Shown here piece after piece: positions 13,005 to 26,805 of a stretch of 64,000 nucleotides of DNA; position 1 is the stretch's first letter, and the number at the start of each line of letters is the position of its first letter. Source of the DNA: Haliotis rubra (taxonomy: Eukaryota); NCBI RefSeq assembly GCF_003918875.1, contig NW_025765969.1, positions 434,001-498,000 of the forward strand. The letters are read 5' to 3'. The notes beneath the pieces were generated by a model. The model was not told where the DNA came from, made no database searches, and worked only from the letters and a program-made list of their open reading frames with translations. Position numbers and translations under genes: made by a program.

Positions 13005-13357
13005 CTGAAAATAACAAAAAGATCTGGTTTCAGTCAGTCCCAGCAACGCTTCAGAATTCCGTTTATTTCTAAACATCAGTCTGCCATAAGCATGGACAAC
13101 ATAGCTGATTTGGGAATTAGAGCATCTGTTGATGAACTTTGGTGAAACAAATGTTTTTATCACGATTCTGACAGCAGGGGATTCAAAGAAGACGTGGCTG
13201 TAACTGTCAGTCGTCTTGCTTCCATCAGTTTCAAGAACAAGATCAGGGTTTCACAGCATTGTGTAAGAAGACACTATGTTTTCAGTATAATAAACTCACA
13301 ATAATTTGACTGTTGACTTGTACTGCCATTTGAATATTGCATCCATCAGTAATAAGA

Positions 13358-13515
13358 GGGGCGGTGGGGTAGCCTAGTGGTTAAAGCGTTCACTCGTTAC
13401 GCTGAAGATCCGGGTTTGATTCCCTACATGGGTACAATGTGTGAAGCCCATTTCTGGTGTCCCGATATGATATTGCTGATTGCTAAAAGCGGCATAAAAC
13501 ATAACTCACTCACTC
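13358..13515 (+). mobile_element. SINE family A
   Basis: Full-length copy; TSD CAGTAAT(A/G)AGA. Confidence 0.85.
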
Positions 13516-13879
13516 AGTAATGAGACCTCAAAGAGGAATTCACAAATGTATGATGAAAACATATTCTTTAAGAAAATGAAAGCATCAAATTCACCAACAA
13601 AAGCCATGTCTGTTGCTTGCAAGGAAGTAATAGAGTTTCTACGCACAGGAACTCACAAATATGTCGGATGAGACTTAGAGGAACAACAAGATGAAAACAA
13701 AAACAGTTTCCGAAATTGGACGTCAGAAAGTTTGAGAACTATATATGTCCATCAGGGATCACATACATTTCTGTGAATGTTATCAAGTGTACACCATCAT
13801 ACCATACAGGCCCAAGTTGTATCCTTCAATATATTGTGTAAATGTCTGAGGCAAGATCTCCTGACAATGAACTGACCAA

Positions 13880-14229
13880 TCACTGAGGTTGCTGTTGCTG
13901 CAGCAACTGCAGCTTCGCACACATCCTCTTATGTTTCCGAAGACTGGGTTTGTATTTGTATGCCTTCCCACAGATACAGGAGTGGGTGATGTTGTCATGC
14001 ACAGCATATTTGTGGTCCAGCAGCGTGCTGTACGCAGTGAACACCTTCCCACAGTCACGACATACAACGCCTCCTTCGGACCGGTAACACCCCTGAGATG
14101 ACCTTGAGGTCACAACACTACCTAGAGAAGAAGCTATTGGCAGCACTTGCATTGTATGATCAAAGCCCACTGGCTTGAATAATGTACTGTCAGCCATGGG
14201 ATGTCTGTACATGACTGAACTTCCTGCAC
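13880..14229 (-). CDS. Alternative terminal exon ZF-C: zinc-finger pair with Gln-rich tail
   Basis: Acceptor TTTTTGTTGCTTTCAG|GT (phase 1); CRDCGKVFTAYSTLLDHKYAVH-DNITHS-CICGKAYKYKPSLRKHKRMC, ends LQQQQPQ. Confidence 0.85.
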
Positions 14230-14366
14230 CTGAAAGCAACAAAAAGTTCAGTCAGTTGTCATGGCAACCATTTCATGACAACCATCATCCATGCTTATGC
14301 TCATATCAAACTGTGGAATTGCGCCGGCGCCATTTGATGAACACTTGGTTTCAATGTCCCTCACAT

Positions 14367-14731
14367 CAGTGTGCGAAATAGTTTCCAAATTTTGCTAGCC
14401 AGTCAGGCTGGCTATGCCTGAAAGTTGCTAGCCCGAAATTTGAATGTAGAAACTAAGCAAAAGATCGTAAAAAATAGATGACAATAAATATTGTCAGCAT
14501 GACACGGGTTTCATCATTAAGCTGCTAATATGATGAACAGTTTTATCAAGCCATAATCCTGCATGATATAAAATGTGTATTATAACCTAAAAAATCGGAG
14601 AGAGTGATGTATTTACAAAATGACCCGATGAAAATTCACCAGTCGGTCAGGCCATTGACTGGAGATTTACTGGCCCGACTGGATTTTTTACTAGCCATGG
14701 GCTAGTGGGCCAGTGGCTATTTCACACACTG
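14367..14731. mobile_element. hAT-like MITE
   Basis: TIR CAGTGTGCGAAATAG / CTATTTCACACACTG; 8-bp TSD (C/A)CTCACAT. Confidence 0.7.
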
Positions 14732-14895
14732 ACTCACATGTAACATAACAGTCAGGGTAGGCTGAAAATGTGGACTATATTTCCAGAAACAAAACCCAGT
14801 TTTTGACATTCTATATATGACTGTAGATAAGCTGTGGTCCCATATTGTTTATTCAAATGGTATTCTGGTACATAAGCCAGACCACCAATCTAGGT

Positions 14896-15057
14896 AGTGA
14901 GTCGTTGAGTATGATGTTACGCCGCTTTTAGCAATATTCCAGCAATATGACGGCGGGGGACATCAGAAATGGGCTTCACACATTGTACCCATGTGCAGAA
15001 TAGAACCCAGGCCTTTAGTGTCATGAGTGGATGCTTTAACCATTAGGCTACCTCCCA
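14896..15057 (-). mobile_element. SINE family A
   Basis: Reverse-complement match to the family A consensus. Confidence 0.8.
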
Positions 15058-15417
15058 CAACCTAGGTACATCTTGATCAGTCCTAGGAAATAGAATATCA
15101 ACAAAGCCACACTGAATTACAATTACTGTTGTTTCCCATTATAAAACATGTTCCTTGTATATCTGGATTTATATTTCTAATAGGGATTAATAATTATATT
15201 CAAAATGTCATTCAAATATGTTTACATTCATTACAGCAAGATTGTGTGCCTGTTAATATTTACAACTTGATTTGGTCACTGCAGTGCTAAACAATAACTT
15301 GGTTTCGGTTTTTACTAATGTCATTGTTCTGTGCACGTGTTCTGCTGCAGATGTTAATTTTAAGAACAAAGTTACCAAGAACACACAACTATTTTAAAGC
15401 CTTTGTGAAAAGTTTCA

Positions 15418-15582
15418 GGGCGGTGGGGTAGCCTAGTGGTTAAAGCGTTGGCTCGTCATGCCGAAGACCCGGGTTCGAATCCCCACATGGGTACAATGTG
15501 TGAAGCCCATTTCTGGTGTTCCCCCACCGTGCTGTTGCTGGAATATAGCTAAAAGCGGCATAAAACCAAACTCAGTTAGTCA
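15418..15582 (+). mobile_element. SINE family A
   Basis: Full-length copy; TSD GTGAAAAGTTTCA. Confidence 0.85.
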
Positions 15583-15989
15583 GTGAAAAGTTTCATTGAA
15601 TATCTGGACTTATATTGATAAAATAGTTTATTAATCTTATTCAGAATGTCATTCAAATATGTTTACATTAATTCAGTGAAATCATGTGTCACTCTGATAT
15701 TTGACTTGACAACTGCAATGCAGAAAACTAACTTTGTCTCCCTTGTTGACTGGTGTCACTGTTCGAACAGTTTACAAAGGGCAATAATGTTGAAAAAACC
15801 AAGACTGAAATGCTCCAAATGAACTCAAATACAGAATAATGGAGACCGAGTCCCTGAAAAATATATCAGAAGAAAGTCATCCTGCTGTTTGCTTGTTGTT
15901 AATTACATCCAGTCCATTCCATGATGGACATGGTCAGGCTGACCATATCATGTCAGTAGGATGTCGCCCAAAAGGGTTGAAAAGTTTGT

Positions 15990-16345
15990 TTGTTCGTTAA
16001 ACGCTGTACCCAGCAATGTTCCACCTTTTTGTCTGTTAATAGTCGAGTCTGGACCAGACAAGCCAGTGACTGATATCATGAGCATCGATCTACACAACTG
16101 GGATACAATGACACGTGTCTACTAAGTCAGCGAGCCTGACCACCCAATCACTTCTCATGACAAGCATGGGTTGCTGAGTGAGTGAGTGAGTTTGGTTTTA
16201 CGCCGCTTTTAGCAATATTCCAGCAATGTATTGTACCCATGTAGGGAATCGAACCCGGGTCTTCAGCTTGACGTGCGGACGCTTTAACCATTAGGCGACC
16301 CCACCGCTCCCATGGGTTGCTGAAGACCAGGTCTAACCCCTATCT
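15990..16345 (-). mobile_element. SINE family B (hosts a family A copy)
   Basis: GAGTCTGGACCAGACAA..GATCTACACAACTGGGATAC..GCCTGACCACCC. Confidence 0.7.
16177..16310 (-). mobile_element. SINE family A nested in a family B copy
   Basis: TSD CATGGGTTGCTGA duplicated from the host SINE. Confidence 0.8.
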
Positions 16346-19079
16346 TCATGGCTAATGTTTGAAAGATCAAGTTTAATAATAACATGTCCATATTTACATA
16401 TTTTCTTTTTCTTAATTCTCAATACTGACTGATCAATCAAAGTGAAATGAGTCCCATTGATATCACATGCTATCACATCATTTGACTGTCTGGATTGTTC
16501 CAATGCTGCAGTTTCATCATGCACATCTGGCAACAAACTCTTATTTTCTTTATGCAAACTGTGTGAGCGGCAAATACTACTGTTAGGGCAGGACGTACTA
16601 ACCTTTTTGAAAACACCTGCTAAGATGATTAATTATCAGCGATCTAGTCATATAACTTTGCCATTTACGCCAAATGGAATCTGTTTTCAGATAAATTATA
16701 AACACCAGTTATTCTCTAGCACTAACAGTATATATTCAGTGTGGAGAACAATGAATTGTACATGACTTCACAGATCGATTACAGTTCGTAATCTAGACAA
16801 TAGTCTCAATTCGGTGATCAATACGTCATTACGCAAAATCACAGAAACATCGGAAATACGCCACATCACCACGGCTCGAGTTGAAGAAATCATCAAATCA
16901 GTTGATTCAGGAAGTAGAATCAACAGATGGAGTGATTAGTCCATTACAGAACTTTAATTTTCAGATCATCTGTCCATCGCGATTGAATGCTGATGGTATC
17001 CCAGCAAAGGATGGAGCTCAGAGCATCATTTACTCAGAAGCATTAATCCATAATTTCTTGCAGCGTGTTAGTCCGGTCTAATTGTGTCATGGCTGTAGAG
17101 TAAGATATCCTTAATTGGACAAAACAACTTCAAAGCCATTCAATATCAAGAAATTCTCTTTATTTAGCTTTCATTTTACAACGACAACATGAACCGCTTG
17201 CCTCCAATAATGGTGAGGTGATTCAACAGGCATCACCATGACAACCCAGTTGTATCCAAGTAACCGTGCAGTGTTCTACGCCATCTCATTTTAAAAAACA
17301 GCGCTACATCTGGTCCATCTCAACCAAATTGCCTTCATAAGCTACAAATTATTCATTTCCAATGGATCTGACCAAGATATTTTCTGAAGAATTGAAGGCT
17401 TGTTTGGACGAGTTCATACAAAAGAGAATGATTTTAAAGTGGTTGTTAATCTGTCAACCTCAGAGCTTGTGATACTTTCATAAGCAACAAATGTTTCATT
17501 TCCAAAGGGTCAGATGAAGAAATTTTCTTAAGAATTGAGTTCATCAAAGAGGGAATGATTCAAAAGTGTTGGTTAAACTGTGCCAATCTCAGAGCTTGTG
17601 ATGCTTACGATACTTTCATACTTTAAATAATGAAACTTGTCTTCGAAGGTTTATTGTCCTTCGGAGCATCAAAGAAGGGTACTCCCCGTGCCATTTTGCT
17701 TACTGAATGTACCACGACCAAAATTATAGTCAGGAAATAACACCAGAGTCTTTAGAAAGTCGGTGTAACTGATCCCTTTTGCTGATCGCCAGTTTTACAA
17801 ACAATGCAAAAAGAATCAATCATGGCTGAACATCTTGAAGTGGAAATCATACATTCTAAATCCTATTGATAACGACACCTTCACATGCCAATTACTCATT
17901 CGAGTGTATAACAATTGAAATGAAAACCTAATTCATGTCCTCACTGAACTGCTGCATAACTGTCAGTTCAATAGCAGTGTAGGAAATAAGCCAAAAACCC
18001 AGCAAAATGGCTTTAATCAGATCAGACACCAAGATATGCTGAATTTACTCAGATGTATGGAACATGTAAAGTTTTTACCAGACCATCGTGCTGGCTGGCT
18101 GTAAATTTAGACTGTCCGTCAGAAATCTAGCCCGTCTCAGGCCATTGGACGGGCCGTAAATCAAACAGTAACTCGATTATAGTATTTTTTTGGGTTTAGA
18201 AATACTTCATGCAATATATTGCAATACATATCGCAATACATGCTTTCACATCGCAATATATCGCAATATGAATATTCTCTGCAATACCCACCCCTACTCT
18301 CAGGAACACACACCGCTTTTCATCAACAAGTTTTCATTTGGGCTGTCACTGCCACAACTTACTTCCACAACGGCAGAGAATATTGAGATAAGGATTTTTT
18401 AATCATTTTATGTCGGACTGAAAAGTTAGGGACATGGGAAACCAAATGAAATACGGACACTTAAAATGTGTCCATCTCATTGCCAGTTAACGTCTGCTTG
18501 TTTCTTCTACAACAGTCTCTCAGTCACATTCACACAAATATGGAAGCCTTACCATCCTTGTGAATAGCATGCTTTTGTCTTCTCAGACACTGTGTCACAA
18601 CATCGACACAAATCCAGGGACCCGCTGCACAAAGAGATGGTAGCTCTAAGATGATCATAAGCCTTAGAGTTACATTGACCATAGTGCTAAGATCACTTTG
18701 GGCAACGACACCCAGGACAATACTGACAATAGTCTGTCATATCATGTCTGGCAAGAAATCCCATGCAAGTCTAGAACATGTGGCAAGTCTAGATTTCCAC
18801 AGCTTCATGAATAAAGTGTCAGGGCTCCTTTTCAATATATTTTATTTTTTCACTTTGAGCTTTTTTCTGTAAAATATGTTCATTTCAGAGACTAGTTGTT
18901 AGGCTACCAGGACAATAACAGCTCCAACCATATTACCCCAGAAGAAAAGTCTGCATGTGTCTTTCATAAGCTCTCACTACAGTTTCTCAGTCATAAAGAC
19001 AACATCAATTTACTTTCTGTCTATTATGTTAGGCACACTGCATGTGTTGTCACTGAATCTATCTCTGATACTAAATGTC

Positions 19080-21020
19080 AGTTTCTCCATCCTAATGTCA
19101 TGACAGTCTTTCAGACACCTACACCAAGGTATTCTCAGACTCATAAACAACTTCTCCATCCTAATGACTAGACAATTCTGCTTGTGATTTCTAAACAGTC
19201 TTTCAAACTCTCACATTGTGCCAGTTCCAACCACTAGGTTCTCCATCCCAATGACCGGACAAAACTGGTTGTGGTTTCTAGGACAACCTCTCTGACAGTC
19301 ACACCAAGTAATTCTCAGACATTAAGACAAGTTCTCCATACTAATGACTGGACAGGTCTGCTTTGATTTTGTCTAGGACAGACTCTCACAACATGTTCAT
19401 CTCAAACACGAAGACAACTTCTCCATCCTAATGACTAGACACGTCTGCTTGTGATTTCTAAACAGTCTTTCAAACTCTCACATTGTGCCAGTTCCAACCA
19501 CTAGGTTCTCCATCCCAATGACCGGACAAAACTGGTTGTGGTTTCTAGGACAACCTCTCTGACAGACACACCAAGTAATTCTCAGACATTAAGACAACTT
19601 CTCCATACTAATGACTGGACAGGTCTGCTTTGTTTTTGTCTAGGACAGCCTCTCACAACATGTTCATCTCAGACATTAAGACAAGTTCTCCATACTTATG
19701 ACTGGACACGTCTGCTTTGTTTTTGTCTAGGACAGCCTCTCACAACATGTTCATCTCAGACATTAAGACAAGTTCTCCATACTAATGACTGGACAGGTCT
19801 GCTTTGATTTTGTCTAGGACAGCCTCTCACAACATGTTCATCTCAGACATTAAGACAAGTTCTCCATACTTATGACTGGACACGTCTGCTTTGTTTTTGT
19901 CTAGGACAGCCTCTCACAACATGTTCATCTCAGACATTAAGACAAGTTCTCCATACTAATGACTGGACACGTCTGCTTTGTTTTTGTCTAGGACAGCCTC
20001 TCACAACATGTTCATCTCAGACATTAAGACAAGTTCTCCATACTAATGACTGGACAGGTCTGCTTTGATTTTGTCTAGGACAGCCTCTCACAACATGTTC
20101 ATCTCAGACATTAAGACAACTTCTCCATACTTATGACTGGACACGTCAGCTTTGTTTTTGTCTAGGACAGCCTCTCACAACATGTTCATCTCAGACATTA
20201 AGACAAGTTCTCCATACTTATGACTGGACCGCGTCTGCTTTGTTTTGTCTAGGACAGCCTCTCACAACATGTTCATCTCAGACATTAAGACAACTTCTCC
20301 ATACTAATGACTGGACATGTCTGCTTTGTTTTTGTCTAGGACAGCCTCTCACAACATGTTCATCTCAGACATTAAGACAACTTCTCCATAGTAATGACTG
20401 GACACGTCTGCTTTGTTTTTGTCTAGGACAGCCTCTCACAACATGTTCATCTCAGACATTAAGACAAGTTCTCCATACTTATGACTGGACACGTCTGCTT
20501 TGTTTTTGTCTAGGACAGCCTCTCACAACATGTTCATCTCAGACATTAAGACAACTTCTCCATACTAATGACTGGACACGTCTGCTTTGTTTTTGTCTAG
20601 GACAGCCTCTCACAACATGTTCATCTCAGACATTAAGACAAGTTCTCCATAGTAATGACTGGACAGGTCTGCTTTGTTTTTGTCTAGGACAGCCTCTCAC
20701 AACATGTTCATCTCAGACATTAAGACAACTTCTCCATACTTATGACTGGACACGTCTGCTTTGTTTTTGTCTAGGACAGCCTCTCACAACATGTTCATCT
20801 CAGACATTAAGACAAGTTCTCCATACTTATGACTGGACACGTCTGCTTTGTTTTTGTCTAGGACAGCCTCTCACAACATGTTCATCTCAGACATTAAGAC
20901 AAGTTCTCCATAGTAATGACTGGACAGGTCTGCTTTGTTTTTGTCTAGGACAGCCTCTCACAACATGTTCATCTCAGACATTAAGACAACTTCTCCATCC
21001 TAATGACTGGACACGTCTGC
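19080..21020. repeat. 87-bp tandem repeat derived from the 3' end of exon ZF-D
   Basis: Unit TTAAGACAAGTTCTCCATACTTATGACTGGACACGTCTGCTTTG..., ~20 copies; overlaps the ZF-D stop. Confidence 0.92.
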
Positions 21021-21303
21021 TTGTGTCTTCTCAGACCAGGTTTGTACTTGTATGTCTTGCCACAGACACACACATAAGACACTTTATCATGTATGGCTGC
21101 CTTGTGATCCAGCATGGATCCATGGGCAGAGAAGACCTTGCCACAAATTGGACACGCCACACCACTTGACCTGTCTGTCCGAGGTGTAGAGTACATGCCT
21201 AAACCTACAGGTCTTGTTTCAGGATAGTTTAAGTCCACTGGCCAGACATGTCTGACCACTGATCCGTCCACAGACAGACTGAAACCGACTGAACCCCTCT
21301 CAC
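20981..21303 (-). CDS. Alternative terminal exon ZF-D: zinc-finger pair
   Basis: Acceptor TTTTTGTTGCTTTCAG|GT (phase 1); CPICGKVFSAHGSMLDHKAAIH-DKVSYV-CVCGKTYKYKPGLRRHKQTC. Confidence 0.85.
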
Positions 21304-22523
21304 CTGAAAGCAACAAAAAGTTCAGTCTAGTTTCAAGCTGTCTCTGGTTGAATACATAAAGAATACAGTGGTCAAACATTCTTGTATCAGACAAAAAAGA
21401 CAGTTAAAATCAGTTCCCAGAGCTGAAGTTCTTGAACATCTCATATATGGACATTTTGTCACTTGGGACATGAGAAGGTTGAGGCATCTGAAGACAGAAT
21501 CTTGGTAAACAATTTGACAGTCATCACATTTTGCAACTCCTTTAAACGCGTCCTACACAAAAACACAGAGTTTTACATTGTTCCATTATTGATAAGGTTA
21601 TTTTTCACATGATATGCATAACTGATTCCTATAATAAGTCGAGTGTAATTTTCAGAAAATGACATATCAGAATATCCTTATAAAAAATTGAGAGGTATAC
21701 ATCACAAATCGGTCAAAATAACCCAGAGCAAGCAAATATGGTTTTATGCCAGTTTTAGCAATATTCCAGCAATATCATGGTGAGGAACACCCGAAATGGA
21801 CTTTGAACATTTAAAATATGTGTTGAATCAAACCCAGGATTTCAGGAGGACGAGTGAACGCTTTAACAACTCAGCTACCTCACTGACCAAATAACACATG
21901 ATGCCCACATTTATCAGTGAACAGTAATCAGAAAAGAAATACTTAATACAATCTGAACAGGAAACATAGAACCAACATAAAGATAACCATTATTGCTGTT
22001 GAGACCATGTTCAAATCCTGCTTGAAACATCTGAATCTTAATGAAAACAATTCCAACTCAATAGGTCTCAGGACATTGCCAATGTTTGCCATAGAAGGCA
22101 TTTGATGCTAACATTTACTGGCATAAAACCACTAAAAAGGCTATACTTTTCTTAACCCTACGGACACTTCATTACACCAACTGATTCAGGCAAGCAGGCT
22201 AGAACCAATTTGCATTCATGTTTGTGTAATTTCTACCCTATTTCAAACCCTGGTACAGTAAGCTATTGATAAAACGAATTCAATGGTCATTAGTTGTGGT
22301 TCATTTTAGCAGTAATCGGTTATACATTTTTCAACTAAATATAACAAGGGGCCAGGAATGAAAAAACAACAGTTCATTAAATCTGTTGGTATGTGGTCAG
22401 TGTGTTCATTATTAACATGGTCTAATGCATCCTGTACACCATTTTCTAACTTATTATGAGATCAGACCCCAAAAGTACTCAGTTGTAATTACGACTACAG
22501 GTAACGAAATAAGACATTACCAG

Positions 22524-22974
22524 TAGTGTTGGGAATTGGTGTAAATCTCATAATTGATGATTGGTTCGTTACAACCGATCAATCATCAAAAATAATTGGT
22601 TAGCGTCATTTATCAATTTTCCTGGTTATGTTTGTTAATGCACAAAAAAATAAAGAAAAAACATGTAGTTCTTTCGGGTTGTTTTTACAAATTGCACAAA
22701 ATGCATTTGCAAATTTCACATCTTTAAAGGATGACTAGTGTGTTAGGAACATACATTTCCTGGAGTTGTTAAGATAAACTTAATCATGAATTGGAATGAG
22801 CTTGTAGTGCTTATGCAATGTTGAGACAAAATCAACCTTTTGAAAAATATTGTTATTGCAAACAAGTGGTCCAAAATTGTTTGTGTTCGATTATGAGAAA
22901 ACATGATCGATTGCTTGGTCGTTTTGTCATTGCGACCAATCTTCGATTATTTCAATTAATCGGACCAACCACTA
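22524..22974. mobile_element. hAT-like MITE
   Basis: Termini TAGTGTTGG / CCAACCACTA; 8-bp TSD ATTACCAG; related copy at ~34400-35378. Confidence 0.75.
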
Positions 22975-22995
22975 ATTACCAGTACTAATTAAAAC

Positions 22996-23240
22996 ATCAC
23001 TAGTAAATAGTGAAGACATCACCAGTAAATAGTGAAGACATCACCAGTAAATAGTGAAGTGAAGACATCACCAGTAAATAGTGAAGACATCACCAGTAAA
23101 TAGTGAAGACATCACCAGTAAATAGTGAAGACATTACTAGTAAATAGTGAAGACATCACCAGTAAATAGTGAAGACATCACCAGTAAATAGTGAAGACAT
23201 CACCAGTAAATAGTAAAGACATTACTAGTAAATAGTAAAC
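22996..23240. repeat. 22-bp minisatellite
   Basis: Unit AGTAAATAGTGAAGACATCACC, ~11 copies. Confidence 0.9.
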
Positions 23241-23523
23241 AGAATATACAGAGATACATATTAACTCAGTGCCAAAGTGAGATATTTCTAGCCAAACACA
23301 AGGAAGAAGTGGGGTTTGGCTCCTTTCTCATGTGCAACAGCCTTGGGTCATCAAGATACTATTTCCTGCACAACTGTATATGGATAGTTGACATGATGAG
23401 GACTTCAGTTGAAAACATCATAGTGTGATGGCAGTCAAACCACAGATTTACGGCAATGATTCAGCCTGGTTTATACATCTGTAGAAATTGCTGAATCTCA
23501 AACAGTATGTTTTTTGTTTTGGG

Positions 23524-23885
23524 TCAGGTCAGAGTGTTCATCAACTCATTCAGCTGAGTCTTCAACACCTGACATGAACGTTTGTGTCGGAGTAGACCCG
23601 GCCTATACTTGTAGCTGTTGCCACACACACAGATATAGGCCACCTTGTCATGGATTGCTGCCTTGTGGTCCATCATGGAGGTGTGAGTCGTAAACTCACG
23701 GCCACAGTCAGGGCACGTTGTGCCATCTGGTCTCTGGACATGCCCTGAGTTGGTGCCCAGGTTGAAGCATGTGTCCAGAGATTTTGAGAAAATGTGCCCA
23801 TAAGGATGTGCCATGTCTGTCATCTGTCCAATTATCAAGCCTGGGTAAGCTGACGACTGACTGAAACTTGCTGAACTTTGTATAC
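23524..23885 (-). CDS. Alternative terminal exon ZF-E: zinc-finger pair
   Basis: Acceptor TTTTTGTTACTTTCAG|GT (phase 1); CPDCGREFTTHTSMMDHKAAIH-DKVAYI-CVCGNSYKYRPGLLRHKRSC. Confidence 0.85.
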
Positions 23886-24586
23886 CTGAAAGTAACAAAA
23901 AGTTCATTCTAGTTTCAGTCAGTTTTAGTCACCTAACGCTGGAGTGAGTGAGTGAGTGAGTGAGTTTGATTAACGCTTTCTTGAGAATAAGGCAGTTCTT
24001 CCCAAGATAAGATAATCACTTTAAGTTATTCCATAACTATATTAATGATGACCAGGAGTGAGTGAGTGAGTGAGTGAGAGTGAGCGAGCGAGCGAGCGAG
24101 CGAGCGAGAGCATTTAAACGCTGCTTTGAGACTAATGTCAGTTCAAGCACTGCATGTCAGCTTCAGCTTGAGGTGGTGATATTCATAGCATCGGTGAAAC
24201 ACATGAACAGATGTATGTATTATAAGCCAAAACTATAGCTGGAGAAAATATATTTATTCGACCTACAGCTTTTGTACAACGAGTAATAGCACTTCTGACT
24301 TTGCTAAAGATGCTGCCTCACCATCATAGGTGAAGTGAACTGCAGTTGAGGTAATGGTCACATCAAATTGTCCAACATCACTTAATGTGAGTCAGCTTTG
24401 TCGGAAAGTCCAAAGTGATGAAGCCTGTGTTCAGGGAAACCCATGAGTAAAGGTAATGTGATAAGAATGACTATTGTATAAGTATTGTTAACACTTGTCC
24501 AGACATATAGTATTGACTCTATTGGGTAGATATTAGTTACTCAATATCCCACAGGTTATTTAGCAAAATTAGAGGTTATATCAGTC

Positions 24587-25100
24587 CTGAATCAAGAATT
24601 GAGTCCAACAATTGGGCAGTATCTTTCTTCTGAATCAAGAATTGAGTCCTACGATTGGGCAGTATCTTTCTTCTGAATCAAGAATTGGGTCCTACAATTG
24701 GGCAGTATCTTTCTTCTGAATCAAGAATTGAGTCCTAAGATTGGGCAGTATCTTTCTTCTGAATCAAGAATTGAGTCCTACGACTGGGCAGTATCTTTCT
24801 TCTGAATCAAGAATTGAGTCCTAAGATTGGGCAGTATCTTTCTTCTGAATCAAGAATTGAGTCCTACGACTGGGCAGTATCTTTCTTCTGAATCAAGAAT
24901 TGAGTCCTAAGATTGGGCAGTATCTTTCTTCTGAATCAAAACTTTGGTGGTGCAAGTGGGCAGTGATTTTATTCCTGAATGGACACTAAAGTCATGCAAC
25001 TAGGGAGGACCTAAGTCCTGAATCAAGACTCGGGCCCTCAAATGGGTAGTAATCTTACTCCTGAATCAAGACTTCAAGACAAATGGGCAGTTTTCCTTGT
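24587..25100. repeat. 43-bp tandem repeat related to the 3' end of exon ZF-F
   Basis: Unit CTGAATCAAGAATTGAGTCCTACGATTGGGCAGTATCTTTCTT versus exon end CTGAATCAAGACTTCAAGACAAATGGGCAGTTTTCCTT. Confidence 0.85.
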
Positions 25101-25376
25101 GGCGTCGGAGCCCTGTCCTATACTTGTACTCCTTCCCACAAACACATGAATATGTACGCTTATCATGCTCAGCCTCTTTATGGTTCTGTCGGGACGTCGA
25201 GTCCAAGAACACTTTGCCACAAACAACACAAGGGAACGGACCCTTCCGCTTAAACAGACTGCCTTCCATATCAGTGTTGGAGGCCCCATCAACTCTAGAG
25301 GCAAGTGCATCTAAAGCCAAGTTGCCTTGCATTAAAGAATGTTCATGCTGCCTAAACGGGACAGTGATTCCATAAT
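25066..25376 (-). CDS. Alternative terminal exon ZF-F: zinc-finger pair
   Basis: Acceptor TTTTGTTTGCTTTCAG|AT (phase 1); CVVCGKVFLDSTSRQNHKEAEH-DKRTYS-CVCGKEYKYRTGLRRHKENC. Confidence 0.85.
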
Positions 25377-26624
25377 CTGAAAGCAAACAAAAGAATCAAT
25401 GTAGTTACGCGTAACCAAGGAATGGCGGCCTTACTTTCAGGCAGTTATGAAGGCACTAAATTCCAAATCCATTGTAACCGACTGGTACACACAAACGCCA
25501 TGTGTTTAACACCAGGGATTGACCTGACACTATAATTTGCGTATTTGACACAATCTGTGTCTGAAATACTCAGGTTGACTTTTCTGTTGGGCTGATTTAA
25601 CGTACTAGCAAGTCAACCCATTCTCATGATAAGAAACATTAACTATGAAACTGTGACACACTGACACTTGGACTCCTTACATATGTATATGATTCCCCAG
25701 AGATGGAGTCAAGCTGACTTCCATATTCAGGATAATCCCATCACCTTTGTTTGAGTCAAGTCTTAACTTCACTGTGGTAGCAGAGCTACAGATAACTTTT
25801 TGGGTCATTGAGTTATGTACGCGCTTGTGTTCATCTCCATTGGGTATCCTAATTTTCCTTTTAGTAACCAAATAAATTGTACTCACCTCACTCAAACTCA
25901 ATTGGGTATTTTGACATTTTCTATTATTTGTGAAAATAGAATAAAGTTTAAATGTTGGTTTACGTGTGTGTTATTCATATTTGATCTGTAATATGAGAAA
26001 AGATAAGAAAGACTGCAAGCTGCTAAGTTCATGTGCTGAAATAGAACCTCACAATATACCTCAGTTATTTATCTATCCTCAGTAACCTCCATCTGTAGCA
26101 CATGGGTCTGCTCACTTCAAATTCTGGTAGGTCTGCTGAATGTTACAGTACACATTTTGAGATTCGACATTTTTGTGTGTACGCATGTTAGATCAAATTT
26201 ATTGAGTATTTACACAATTTCAAGCGTACTTGTACGCAATAGACTTGAAAGGAATTGAGTTTTCACATAAATGTTTTCGTAATTTACGTAGATACGCAGC
26301 TTATGTGTACCTCTGGGTAGCTTGCACTATATACAAATTGTGAATGGAACAGGTTGGAAGTGCATGAACACGAAATACTTGTGACAGCCTTGACCTGATT
26401 CTTCGCATAATTATTCTCACTTGTGAATGCATTGCGTGTTGGTTGTGTACCCCTGGCCAGTAATGGGGTACGGTCAGGGTTTTAAGCATATTGGTAGTAT
26501 GATGACCGTCATATCATACTTAACATAGTGGGAGTGAGGATGGTTTTTCCCCACTTTTACCAATAGTCTGGCAATATCACAGTGGGGGACACCATCATAC
26601 ATTGTACACATGTGGAACTTTGTG

Positions 26625-26805
26625 AGAGCACATAGTGGGGCACATATTCTGGCATAACATATTCCAGTATGCTTTGTGGGGCACATATTATGGCAAAACA
26701 TATTCCAGGATACTTTGTGGGGCACATATTCTGGCATAACATATTCTGGCATATATTCTGGGGCACATATTCTGGAATACTTTGTAGGGCACATATTCTG
26801 ACACA
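26625..26805. repeat. Short degenerate minisatellite
   Basis: GGGCACATATTCTGGCATAACATATTC repeated. Confidence 0.75.

Noticed and set aside
20240-21169. 309-aa plus-strand ORF
   Set aside because: Translation of the 87-bp tandem repeat and the antisense of exon ZF-D
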